From an uncultured Desulfobulbus sp. (lineage in GTDB: Bacteria; Desulfobacterota; Desulfobulbia; Desulfobulbales; Desulfobulbaceae), in assembly GCA_963665445.1 (NCBI GenBank), contig OY762276.1:3278601-3342600 (forward strand): DNA of 64,000 nucleotides. Direction: 5' to 3'. A program made the position numbers and the translations under genes. Shown here piece after piece: positions 9,660 to 19,500 of this stretch (the first letter of the stretch is position 1; every line of letters starts with the position of its first letter). The notes below the pieces were generated by a model that was not told where the DNA came from, made no database searches, and saw nothing but the letters and a program-made list of their open reading frames with translations.

Positions 9660-10376
9660 ATGCCAACCAAACTGCTCCAGGCCATAGTGATGCTGCTCTG
9701 GGCCGCCCTCTTCCTCTGGCTGTTCTTTGTCGATCAAACCCATCTTGCAAGACTGCTGCACCCGAAGTTATGGTGGCTGGCGCTAATCGGCGCCGTAATC
9801 CTTATCATGTTTAGCCTGGTTACCTTGAGTCGTTTACAAGCACCCCATCAAGTTGCCCCCTTGCGCTGGACCTGGCCATCCATTGCCATCATGCTGGTAC
9901 CCCTCTGCTATTTCTGGCCTGTACAATCCGCCCAACTTGACAGCCGCGCCTTTCTCAAGAGAACACCCCTGGAACGTTTCCCGCCTGCCCCAGAGGCCGG
10001 AGGCATATCAAAAAAGCAGGGGGTTGCAGCAGCTGATGCGCCTGCCACAGTGACATCCTTGAGCCAACTCGTTCTTACTCCCGAGCAATTCAGCGGCCAA
10101 AAGGCGGAAATTCTTTGCCAGGTCATGCACAGCGACAAGCTGCCGCAGAATCAGTTCATCTGTTACCGCTTCCGTATCACCTGCTGTGCAGCGGATGCCA
10201 TGCCGGTTTTCACCTTCGTGCAACTCAATTACGCGGATTCACCGCCAGAGCAAGACACCTGGGTCCGAGTACAGGGATCGCTCTCCGTGCATACAATCGA
10301 CAACCTGAGCTTTCCCTGCATCCAAGACGCTACCCTCACGCCTGAAACGGCCCCTTCTTTTCCGTATATTTTTTAA
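9660..10376 (+). CDS. TIGR03943/DUF1980 permease partner (YcgQ-like)
   Basis: N-terminal TMs with RLLHP, conserved RFRITCCAADA and DTWVRVQG. Confidence 0.85.
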   Translation: MPTKLLQAIVMLLWAALFLWLFFVDQTHLARLLHPKLWWLALIGAVILIMFSLVTLSRLQAPHQVAPLRWTWPSIAIMLVPLCYFWPVQSAQLDSRAFLKRTPLERFPPAPEAGGISKKQGVAAADAPATVTSLSQLVLTPEQFSGQKAEILCQVMHSDKLPQNQFICYRFRITCCAADAMPVFTFVQLNYADSPPEQDTWVRVQGSLSVHTIDNLSFPCIQDATLTPETAPSFPYIF

Positions 10377-10385
10377 CTCTTCTTT

Positions 10386-10486
10386 GTCGTTCTCGTAAAA
10401 AGCTTCGAGAACGACGTTTCGAGCTTCGTAAGTTGCTGATTTCACGACGTGTGATATCCTGGCTTTTGACTTTTTACGAAGCCATC
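10386..10486. repeat. 101-bp MITE/REP-like repeat, copy 1
   Basis: Ends TCGTAAAAAG...CTTTTTACGA (perfect 10-bp inverted core within an imperfect 17-bp TIR). Left stem-loop GTCGTTCTCG-10nt-CGAGAACGAC. Confidence 0.85.
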
Positions 10487-10518
10487 TTCTTTGGGAACCA
10501 CTGAATTTTCCGAATTTC

Positions 10519-10690
10519 TGCGTATTCCAGAGCAAGCCGGCCACTGATTCCGTTTCAATCCGGCCGGGTATTCCGGTGGAAAGCGGCCACCCTGTTGAGG
10601 GGGTAGCGGCGCGGGATAATGACTGGTATCTGATCTCCTTTTTCGCAGGAGGGCAAGATGCCGTCGGAGAGATTATCCTTGCGCAAAATT
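10519..10690 (+). mobile_element. IS21-family left end relic with the first 11 codons of istA
   Basis: TGCGTATTCC terminus with internal CGGCC..ATTCC repeats. AGGAGGG RBS, then ATG 10658 MPSERLSLRKI (IstA-type N-terminus), cut at the repeat copy starting 10691. Confidence 0.75.
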
Positions 10691-10791
10691 GTTGTTCTCG
10701 TAAAAAGGCATGGGAACGACGTTTCGATCTTTGTAAGTTACTGATTTTACCGTAGATAACTTTCAGCTTTTTGACTTTTCAGGAGTCCATC
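10691..10791. repeat. 101-bp MITE/REP-like repeat, copy 2 (more diverged)
   Basis: GTTGTTCTCGTAAAAAG...GAACGACGTTTCG...GACTTTTCAGGAGTCCATC. AATT lies immediately on both sides. Confidence 0.8.
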
Positions 10792-10907
10792 AATTTTGGC
10801 CACAGCAATGAGGCAAATGACTGAAATTTTCGACAATCAGGGTATAGTATCGACGTCGCGCAAGTAACCATGCGTTATTCCATGCCCATTTCTCGACCAA
10901 ATCGTAA

Positions 10908-12278
10908 TTGAATGATCTCATGACAGATGCTGCTGCTTCCAAGGAAGGTTATTCCGGCGTCTCCACTGGAGTGGAGCAGTCCGTCGAAAACGCCCTTTTA
11001 ACCTGGCGTCGCAATGCGGTAAATATTTTCATGGCTTGCAGTGTTCTTGGTTATCTGCCGGCAATGATCCTGATGCTCTGTGGGCAGTGTCCACCGATAG
11101 CCTGGGCCGTTAAACTGCTGCTGTATTTTTCTTATCTTGTTCTCGTTTTTGCTGCATTTTTAAAGGCCGTAAATCATCGCCTCCGCCTCTATGCAATCCT
11201 CAGCTTGGCTTATTTAACTGCAATTGCCGGTGTCATTGCCTATCCCGGACCTTTTATACGTGCCCTGCCTGTGGCGTTGCCCGTCATTGGGCTGGTCCTC
11301 TCCGGCATCCGTTGCGGGCGTATAACCGCAGCGGCAAGCGCACTGCTGATACTCCTGACACCTTTTTTATCTACATTATTCCCTGTCAGGGCCAAAAGCC
11401 TGACAATCGGCGCTCAATCTTCCCCTGAATCCTTTGGCCTCATGCTCATGCAGGGCACTGGATTGACGGCCATGCTGCTGGCGCTGATGATCCTTTTGGA
11501 ACTGTTTTATAGATTCCTCGGTCAAGCATTGACAGATCAGCACCATGCGATGAACGAGGTTGAACGCAAAGTTGGCGAACTGACCAGGGCGCATGCTTCC
11601 TTGGCTCAGGAGGTCGACAAACGCCGAAAACTTGAACAAGAGCTCACCCGTATTGCCGATGAGGAGAAACGGCGTCTCGGTCTTGAAATACACGATGGGG
11701 TCTGCCAGCAGATTACGGGTGCCCTGTTGCGGTGCGAAGCCCTGGCGCTGCGACTGGATCGAGGGCAACCGGCCTCGCCCGACGATGTCAAAGCCCTTTC
11801 CACGCTCTTGGAGGAAGCAATCGATGAAGCCCATGGGGTCGCCAGGGGACTGTGCCCATTGGAAGCAGCCCCCAACGCAATCGAGTCGGCCATACGAACC
11901 CTTACCCGGCGTACGCAGCGCATCACCGGCATTCCATGCCGTCTTGTCACCACAGGTAACATTCACATCGACGACCAGATCAAGGCGCAGCATCTTTTCC
12001 GCATCGCTCAGGAAGCCATAAGCAATGCCGTCCGTCATGCAGGTGCGACCGCAATCAATGTCGAGTTGGCCATTGCTGAAAATCGTATTGTGCTCCAAAT
12101 CATCGACAACGGACACGGTCTGCCGGAAGTCTTACCCACCTGCGGAATGGGCCTGCGGACCATGGCGTGCCGGGCGCATCTGCTTGAAGGTGAATTTTCC
12201 GTCACCCCTCTCCCGCAGGGCGGGACCTGTATTCGCTGCACGGTGCCCCATTCACCTCCATCTCCGCCGTTTGCATAA
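10908..12278 (+). CDS. Membrane sensor histidine kinase, HisKA_3 (NarX/UhpB-like) class
   Basis: Multi-TM N-terminus, H-box RRLGLEIHDGVCQ, QEAISNAVRHA, DNGHG, GMGL. Start TTG 10908 or ATG 10920. Confidence 0.9.
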   Translation: MNDLMTDAAASKEGYSGVSTGVEQSVENALLTWRRNAVNIFMACSVLGYLPAMILMLCGQCPPIAWAVKLLLYFSYLVLVFAAFLKAVNHRLRLYAILSLAYLTAIAGVIAYPGPFIRALPVALPVIGLVLSGIRCGRITAAASALLILLTPFLSTLFPVRAKSLTIGAQSSPESFGLMLMQGTGLTAMLLALMILLELFYRFLGQALTDQHHAMNEVERKVGELTRAHASLAQEVDKRRKLEQELTRIADEEKRRLGLEIHDGVCQQITGALLRCEALALRLDRGQPASPDDVKALSTLLEEAIDEAHGVARGLCPLEAAPNAIESAIRTLTRRTQRITGIPCRLVTTGNIHIDDQIKAQHLFRIAQEAISNAVRHAGATAINVELAIAENRIVLQIIDNGHGLPEVLPTCGMGLRTMACRAHLLEGEFSVTPLPQGGTCIRCTVPHSPPSPPFA

Positions 12279-12303
12279 CTCAATTGTATTGTAGAGGCTC
12301 TGT

Positions 12304-12963
12304 ATGCTGCATGACCCGTTGCCGACATCCCAAGCTATTCGTATCGTGATCGCAGATGATCATCCCGCCGTCTGCCAGGGACTGCAACTGCTGTTGGAGC
12401 CCGAGGGAATCACGGTCTGTGCCCAGGCAAGCGGGCGAGACGAGGCCCTGGCTCAGGTGAAGAAGCATCGCCCAGACCTTGTTCTGGTGGATCTTTCCCT
12501 CGGCGACGACGATGGCATCCTCCTCGTCCGGGATCTGCAAAAGCTTTCTGTCCCCTCACTCGTGTACACCATGCACGAAGATGCGCATCATATCGAGGCG
12601 GCCTTTGCTGCCGGCGGCAAGGGATATGTCACCAAGCGGGAAGTGCATCGCATACTCGTGCAGGGCATCCGCGAAACAGCCACCGGTTGCCGTTTTGTCA
12701 GTCCGCGGGCGGCGTTGTCCCTGGCCGATCGGGTCGCTGAACGTCGTGCGGCCCCTCTCCTTCTCGAGTTGAGCGGTCAGGAGCAAAACGTCTACCGACT
12801 TTTGGGCCAAGGTGAAGGGACCTCGGATATTGCCCGGGAAATGAAGATCAGTGCCCGTACGGTCGAGTCCTACTACGCCCGCATTTTGGTCAAATTGGAG
12901 CTGCAAACCATGCGCGACCTCCGCCGCCACGCCATCGACCACTATCAAAAACAAGGCGAATAA
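12304..12963 (+). CDS. NarL/LuxR-family response regulator
   Basis: REC (IADDHP, DLVLVDLSL, YVTK) plus LuxR HTH (LSGQEQNV...IAREMKISARTVESY). Confidence 0.93.
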   Translation: MLHDPLPTSQAIRIVIADDHPAVCQGLQLLLEPEGITVCAQASGRDEALAQVKKHRPDLVLVDLSLGDDDGILLVRDLQKLSVPSLVYTMHEDAHHIEAAFAAGGKGYVTKREVHRILVQGIRETATGCRFVSPRAALSLADRVAERRAAPLLLELSGQEQNVYRLLGQGEGTSDIAREMKISARTVESYYARILVKLELQTMRDLRRHAIDHYQKQGE

Positions 12964-12981
12964 CGCCTGCCGCCCGCTTCC

Positions 12982-13048
12982 TGTAGGGGATTTCCCCTAC
13001 ATTTCCTCCGGGGTTTTCCCCACACGAATGCAGGGAATTCCCTCTGCA
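12982..13048. promoter_or_regulatory. Two related 20-bp palindromes, candidate response-regulator operators
   Basis: TGTAGGGGATTTCCCCTACA (12982-13001, 18/20 symmetric) and TGCAGGGAATTCCCTCTGCA (13029-13048), upstream of the REC-MBL-RND operon. Confidence 0.6.
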
Positions 13049-13154
13049 GACAACCTCTGCGTTTCCTGATACCTTTTTCCCCAAACATTCCCTTTTCCCG
13101 ACCATCTTCAGTCACGATTTTCAGGCATTATTTTTGGTAACGGAGGTTTGCACG

Positions 13155-13553
13155 ATGAGCAGACCAACCCACCCGACGGTGCTTTTGGTGGATGACCATC
13201 CCGCTGTGCGCGATGCCATGGCCCAACTGCTTGAGGCAAACAATATAGCGGTATGCGGCCAGGCCAGCGGGCTTGAGGACGCCATGGCCCTCCTCGACCT
13301 GCGGCGTCCCGATCTGGTGCTGGTGGATCTTCTTCCCGGTGACGAGGGGTTGAAGCTGGTGGGCCATCTGCAGAGCCGGGGAATACCCGCGGTGGTCTGC
13401 TCTTCTTGCCGGAATACGGAGTACACGCGTCGGGCTCTGGATGCCGGAGCCCGGGCATACGTGGCCAAGGAGGATGCGGCACAGGCCCTGCCGCGCATCC
13501 TGAGAGATGTACTGAACGGCTGGGTCCTGATCAGCCCACGGGCGGCGGAATGA
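13155..13553 (+). CDS. Stand-alone receiver (REC-only) protein, paralogous to the REC of the upstream regulator
   Basis: LLVDDHP, PDLVLVD, YVAK, ends at ISPRAAE*. GGAGG RBS. Confidence 0.85.
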   Translation: MSRPTHPTVLLVDDHPAVRDAMAQLLEANNIAVCGQASGLEDAMALLDLRRPDLVLVDLLPGDEGLKLVGHLQSRGIPAVVCSSCRNTEYTRRALDAGARAYVAKEDAAQALPRILRDVLNGWVLISPRAAE

Positions 13554-13603
13554 TCGTTTTTCCGGACGCACACAACCAACCCGCATATGGAGAGGAGCAC
13601 CCC

Positions 13604-15196
13604 ATGAAATCCCAGGAACAAGAAAACGAGCATGAATTTACCCGACGCGAAGTCATGAAATATGCCGGCATGGCCTTGGGAGGGCTGGCCTTTGGCGGCA
13701 CGTTCATCGGTGGCGGTGTCGGCCAGGCTAAGGCGGATCTTGTCTGCGACAGTTCGTTTTATCCGCAAGATACGTATAACCCCGAAAGATATACCTATTT
13801 CGAAAAGCTCAACGATATCATCCCATGGGGGCTGGATAGCCAATACAACCTTATCGGCGAGCCACTTTTGGAGGACGAGATGCGGATCACCTTCCTCGGG
13901 TCGGTGGTGCCCTCCGCACGGCGGGCACAGCAGGAGATGAGCGTCTTTGTGGAGGTGGGATGGGATGCGACCAACCAATGTCCGTTGGACCAGTTCGTCT
14001 TTGACTGCGGCTCCGGGGTCTGCGCCAATTACGGTTCGGCAGGAATCAGCTACGGCCGCATGGACAAGATCTTTCTCGCGCACCTTCATGCCGACCACAT
14101 GAGCGACCTGGCCCACATCTACTGTTTCGGCCCATCGAGCGACCGCAAATCCCCCCTCTATGTCTGGGGGCCCGGCCCCTCGGGGGTGAGAAGTCCTCGT
14201 CCACCTCGTCGACTGTACAACGACGGGACCAAAGCCTTCTGCGAGCACCTGCGCGAGGCCATGCGATGGCATAGCGAGAGTTTCAGTTTTGAATCCACCT
14301 CTTGGGAGGATTCCGCGCAGAACCTCCCCACCCAGAAAAGCTGGGGCTTACCCGTCCCGCCCAAGCCCGTCGCGGATGATCCGGCAGACGACGGCTATGC
14401 CCTGGTTCCCATCGAGCTGGATTGGACCAAATACGGGGCCAAGAAGGATGACAACGTTGCCTATCACAACAAGGCAACCGGGGTCAAGATCACCCATTTT
14501 CCGGTGATCCACACCCGCAGGGGCGCTATCGGCTACAAGCTCGAATGGCAGACCCCCAATGGCAAGGTCTTGACGATGATCTATACCAGCGACACCCGCC
14601 CCGAATGGCATTGCGTCGATCAGGCCATCAACGCAGACAAGCACGGCAAACCCCGCGGTGTCGACGTCTTCATCCACGAAATGGGCCTGCCTCCCGAAGT
14701 GTGGGCCATGAAAAACGCCGGACTCCCCGGGCCGGTGGACAATGCGACCTTCCAGGCCACGGTCGACGACATGAGCACCATTATCAACTGTTCCCACACC
14801 CCGCCAGGAGCCTTCGGTTATCTCCTCGGCCAGATCAGCCCCCGTCCGCGGCTCACCGTGGCCACCCATTTTCCGGTAGCCGACGACACGGTGCATTGCG
14901 CCCTGGAAAGCATCAAAAAATATGTCCCGGATATCACCTGGACGGAAGACTATTATAACGACAATGACGATATTGCCTGGTCCTTTGATCTCATGGTCCT
15001 ACGCGTCATTGCAAGCCAGGACAAGATCATCCGTTGCAAGGCCCAGGTCAACGACTTCAGTTTTTCGCCGGTGAGCAAGTATTATGCGATGAAAGACCCC
15101 AAATACATGGATTCCAGAAGTCAGATTGACACCTCGAGCGAGATTCCGGCCACCGAAGACGATGGAACACAAAATTACTGCGAAAGCGGTTATTGA
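13604..15196 (+). CDS. Tat-exported MBL-fold metallohydrolase (RNase Z/arylsulfatase-like)
   Basis: Twin-arginine signal TRREVMKYAGMALGG. Motifs RITFLGS, FDCGSG, HLHADH, HTRRG, SDTRP, HTPP, THFP. GAGGAG RBS before ATG 13604. Confidence 0.85.
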   Translation: MKSQEQENEHEFTRREVMKYAGMALGGLAFGGTFIGGGVGQAKADLVCDSSFYPQDTYNPERYTYFEKLNDIIPWGLDSQYNLIGEPLLEDEMRITFLGSVVPSARRAQQEMSVFVEVGWDATNQCPLDQFVFDCGSGVCANYGSAGISYGRMDKIFLAHLHADHMSDLAHIYCFGPSSDRKSPLYVWGPGPSGVRSPRPPRRLYNDGTKAFCEHLREAMRWHSESFSFESTSWEDSAQNLPTQKSWGLPVPPKPVADDPADDGYALVPIELDWTKYGAKKDDNVAYHNKATGVKITHFPVIHTRRGAIGYKLEWQTPNGKVLTMIYTSDTRPEWHCVDQAINADKHGKPRGVDVFIHEMGLPPEVWAMKNAGLPGPVDNATFQATVDDMSTIINCSHTPPGAFGYLLGQISPRPRLTVATHFPVADDTVHCALESIKKYVPDITWTEDYYNDNDDIAWSFDLMVLRVIASQDKIIRCKAQVNDFSFSPVSKYYAMKDPKYMDSRSQIDTSSEIPATEDDGTQNYCESGY

Positions 15197-15324
15197 TGCT
15201 CGATGAACCTTGCTTGCCGTTGTGCTGTTGCATGGGGCCGGCGCAATGAAATCTGTCTCATCACCCCGCCTGCCGGCATCGTGGTCCGATGGCCGGCAGG
15301 CAACGAAAAGAGAGGAGTCTGCCA

Positions 15325-16512
15325 ATGGCACCCCGACCTCGACCGAAACGTTCCTTGCCCACCTCCCTCCTGGTCCTGACGGGGAGTCTGGCCCTGGCCC
15401 TTGGCCTTTGGGCCTGCAAACAGGAAAAGGCTGCTCCGGCGGCATCCTCCCAGCCGCCACGCGTTTCGGTGCTGGAGATCACCCCTCGGGATATGCCGGT
15501 GAGCTTTACCTATGTCGCCCAGACGCAGAGCTCGCATCTGGTCAATATTCAGGCCAGGGTAAGCGGCTTTCTCGACCGACAGCTCTACACCGAAGGCGCG
15601 GTGGTCAAGGCCGGCCAAGTCCTTTTTCGGCTCGACGCCAAACCCTTTCAGGTTCAGCTCGACCAGGCCCAGGCCGTGCTGAGCAAGCAGGCCGCGGCCC
15701 TGGAGACCTCACGCAAAAACCTGGCGCGAACCAAGCCCCTGGTCAAACAGAACGCACTTGCGCTCAAGGACCTGGATGATGCCACCGGTCAGTTCCAATC
15801 GGCGGCCGCCGGGGTGGAGCAGGCCAAGGCCCAGGTGGAAGCGGCCAAGCTCGATCTCTCCTACACCACCATTACCTCTCCGGTGACCGGCGTCAGCAGT
15901 TCGGCCCGACAGACGGAAGGCACCTACATCAGCCCCCAGAACAGCCTCCTGACGACCGTTGCCGTTCTTGATCCCATCTGGGTCAATTTCAATATCTCCG
16001 AAAACGAGATGCAACGCTACCGGGATGAGATCGCCAAAGGGCTGCTCATCGCCCCGAAAAACAGGGACTATGCCGTCCAGGTCATCCTTGTCGACGGTTC
16101 GGCCTTTCCGCACAGCGGGCACATGACCTTCGCCGATCCCTCCTACGATCCCCAGACCGGCACCTTCCTCGTTCGCGCCAGCGTTCCCAATCCGGACAGC
16201 GTGCTGCGCCCCAACCAATATGTGCGGGTGCGCCTCACCGGCTCCGTCAGGCCCAGGGCGATTCTCGTCCCGCAGCGGGCGGTGCAGCAGGGAGCCAAAG
16301 GCCATTTCGTGTGGCTCATCGATACCAACGACACCATCGAACAACGCCCGGTGGTGGTCGGGGACTGGCAGGGAGATAATTGGTTTATTGCTGAAGGGTT
16401 GTCCAGCGGCGAACGGGTCGTGGTCGACGGCACCCTCATGCTCCAGCCGGGCATGAAGGTGCAGGTGGCACCGGCAACAGCGGCAAGCCACGACAAACCG
16501 GTCGGCCAATAA
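15325..16512 (+). CDS. RND efflux periplasmic adaptor (MFP), lipoprotein
   Basis: Lipobox LWAC, IQARVSGFL, VKAGQVLFRLD, TITSPVTG, DPQTGTFLVRA, VPQRAVQQG. Confidence 0.93.
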   Translation: MAPRPRPKRSLPTSLLVLTGSLALALGLWACKQEKAAPAASSQPPRVSVLEITPRDMPVSFTYVAQTQSSHLVNIQARVSGFLDRQLYTEGAVVKAGQVLFRLDAKPFQVQLDQAQAVLSKQAAALETSRKNLARTKPLVKQNALALKDLDDATGQFQSAAAGVEQAKAQVEAAKLDLSYTTITSPVTGVSSSARQTEGTYISPQNSLLTTVAVLDPIWVNFNISENEMQRYRDEIAKGLLIAPKNRDYAVQVILVDGSAFPHSGHMTFADPSYDPQTGTFLVRASVPNPDSVLRPNQYVRVRLTGSVRPRAILVPQRAVQQGAKGHFVWLIDTNDTIEQRPVVVGDWQGDNWFIAEGLSSGERVVVDGTLMLQPGMKVQVAPATAASHDKPVGQ

Positions 16513-16525
16513 CAAGGAGGCCTCC

Positions 16526-19500
16526 ATGTTCTCCCGATTTTTCATCAAGCGGCCGATTTTCGCCACCGTGGTCGCCATTATCATCTGTCTGGCAGGCCTG
16601 GTCTCCATGAACGCGCTCCCGGTCGAGCAGTATCCGACCATCACCCCGGTGCAGGTGACGGTCTCGGCAACCTATCCGGGCGCGGATTCCCAGACCCTGG
16701 CCGACTCGGTGGCCGCGCCCATCGAGGCGCAGATCAACGGCGTGGACAACATGCTCTATATGACCTCAGCCAGCTCCGCCAACGGCCAGTTGACCCTGAC
16801 GGTCTACTTCTCCCTGGATACCGATCCGGATATCGCGCAGGTGCAGGTGCAGAACCGGGTCAACCTCGCCACCCCCCAGCTCCCTGAAGCGGTTTCGCAA
16901 CTTGGTGTCTCGGTGCAGAAAAAGGCCTCCTCGATCATGATGCTGATCGGCATTTTTGCCAGGGAGGAACGCTACAGCAGCAACTACATCGCCAATTACG
17001 CCAATGTCTATGTCCTGGATGCGATCAAACGGGTGCCCGGAGCCGGTCAGGCGCAGATTATGGGCGCCCCTGATCAGGCCATGCGCATCTGGATGAATCC
17101 CGACCGCATGGCATCCCTGGGCATTACCACCAGCGATATACAGCAGGCGGTGGCCAGTCAGAACGCCCTGCTCGGCGCCGGTCAAATCGGACAGAAACCC
17201 ACCAGCGGTCCGGTGGAGATGACCTTTCCGGTGGTCACCCAGCAGCCCTTCACCGACCCTTCGCAATACGGAGAAATCATCCTCCGCGCCAACCAGGACG
17301 GAGGGGGCATCGTCCGCTTGAAGGACGTGGCGCGGACCGAGGTCGGTCTACGACAGTACATCATCGACGCCAAGCTCAACGGCACCCCGGCCACCTTCAT
17401 TGCCATCTATCAGCAGCCCGGTGCCAATGGGCTTGAGGTCTCCAAGGCGGTCCGCCAGGCCCTGGAGCAGATGAGACCCCGTTTTCCCCATGGCATGGAT
17501 TACGTCATTTCGCTGGACACCACCGATTTTGTCCGCCTATCCATTGATGAGGTCGTTCACACCCTGTTTGAGGCCATCCTCCTGGTGGTCCTGGTGGTCT
17601 ATCTCTTTTTGCAGAGTTTCCGCACCACCATCATCTGCGCGGTTGCCATCGTCGTGCCCCTGATCAGTACCTTCAGCGGCATGCTGGCCCTGGGATTTTC
17701 CATCAACCTGCTTACCCTGTTCGGCCTGGTGCTCGCCATCGGCATGGTGGTGGACGACGCCATCGTCGTGGTCGAAAATGTCGAACGCAACATGGCGCAG
17801 TTCCATCTCCCGCCCAAGGAGGCGACCATTCGCGCCATGGGCGAAATCTCCGGCTCGCTGGTCGCGGTGGTTTTGGTGATGGCCTCGGTGTTCATCCCGG
17901 CGGCCTTTCTTCCCGGGACCACGGGACAGCTCTACAAACAGTTCGCCATCACCATCGTGGTCTCGGTCGCGGTTTCCGGATTCGTGGCCCTGACCCTGAC
18001 CCCGGCCATGTGCGGGCTGCTCCTGAGGCACTGTCAACCGCCGACCCGCGGATTTTTCGCCTGGTTCAATCGCGGGGTCGATGCCCTGACCCAGGGTTTT
18101 GGTCAGGCCGTGACCCTGGTTATCCGCCGTATGGGCCTGGCCTTCCTAGTGCTGGCGGTGCTGATATACGCAATCGTCCATCTCTTTGAGGTCCTGCCGA
18201 CTAGCTTTGTCCCCAACGAGGATCAGGGCTACGTCATGGCGGCGATCGTCATGCCGGACTCGTCCAGCCTCGACCGGACCGAGGATGTGGCCGACCGGGT
18301 CGAAGGAATTTTCAAAACACTGCCCGGAGTCGACACCCGCACCCAGCTGACCGGCTACAGCCTGATCGACAGCGGGTTCAAGACCAATGCCGGCACATTT
18401 TTCGTCACCCTCAAACCCTTTGACCAGCGATACGGATCGATCAAACAGGCTCGAGCGGAAAATGCCCGAGCCGTGCTGATGGGGCTGCACAAGGAGGCCG
18501 CCTCTATTCAGGAGGGTGTGGTCATTCCGGTGGCACCGCCTGCGATCCCTGGCATCGGCACCACCGGCGGCTTTGAATTCTGGATTCAGGACACCGGGGC
18601 TGGCCAACCGGCCAGACTGGACGGACTGACCCGCGCATTTTTGGCCAAGGCCCATGCCCGGCCGGAACTTACCGGCCTCAACAGTACCTTCCGCGCCACC
18701 ACCCAACAGCTGCGCGCGGAGGTGGACCGTGAAAAGACAAGCCTGCTCGGGGTGCCCATCACCGATGTCTACAGCGCCATCCAGGCGCAGTTCGGTTCGC
18801 TCACGGTCAGTCAGTTCAACCAGTTCAGCAGGGTCTGGTGGGTCATTTTGCAGTCCGAACCCAAATATCGTCAGGATCCCGGGGACCTGACCCGTCTCTA
18901 TGTCCGCTCCAACCAGGGGGATATGGTGCCGCTGTCGGCCCTGGTCGCCACCCACTGGGTGAGCGGACCGGACCTGTTGCCGCATTTCAACGGCTTTCCC
19001 GCCGCCAAGGTGAGCGGCAGCGCCGCCGCCGGTTACAGTTCCGGTCAGGCGATCGCCGCCATGGAAGAGGTTGCCCGCGAGGTGCTGCCCGCGGGCTATA
19101 CCTTTGCCTGGTCGGGCCTGGCCTTCGAGGAGAAGCAGTCCGGCGGCACCTCCATGCTGGCCTTTGTGTTCGGCCTGATCATCGTCTTTCTCGTTCTCGC
19201 GGCCCAGTATGAATCCTGGACCCTGCCGGGGACGGTGATGATGGCCGTTCCCTTTGGCGTGCTCGGGGCCTTGACGGCGAACTGGCTGCGCGGACTGGAA
19301 AACGACGTCTATTTTCAGATCGGCCTGCTGGTACTGATCGGTCTGGGGGCCAAAAACGCCATCCTGCGGGTGTCCTTTGCGGTCGAACTGCGGCGGCAGG
19401 GAAAAACGATCATGGAGGCGACCATCGAGGCGGGGGAGCAACGCCTCAGGCCCATCATCATGACCTCGCTCGCCTTTGCCTTTGGTGTGCTGCCCCTGGC

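Noticed and set aside
12982-13048. CRISPR-like repeat pair
   Set aside because: Only two non-identical 20-bp palindromes with no cas genes. Better explained as operators.
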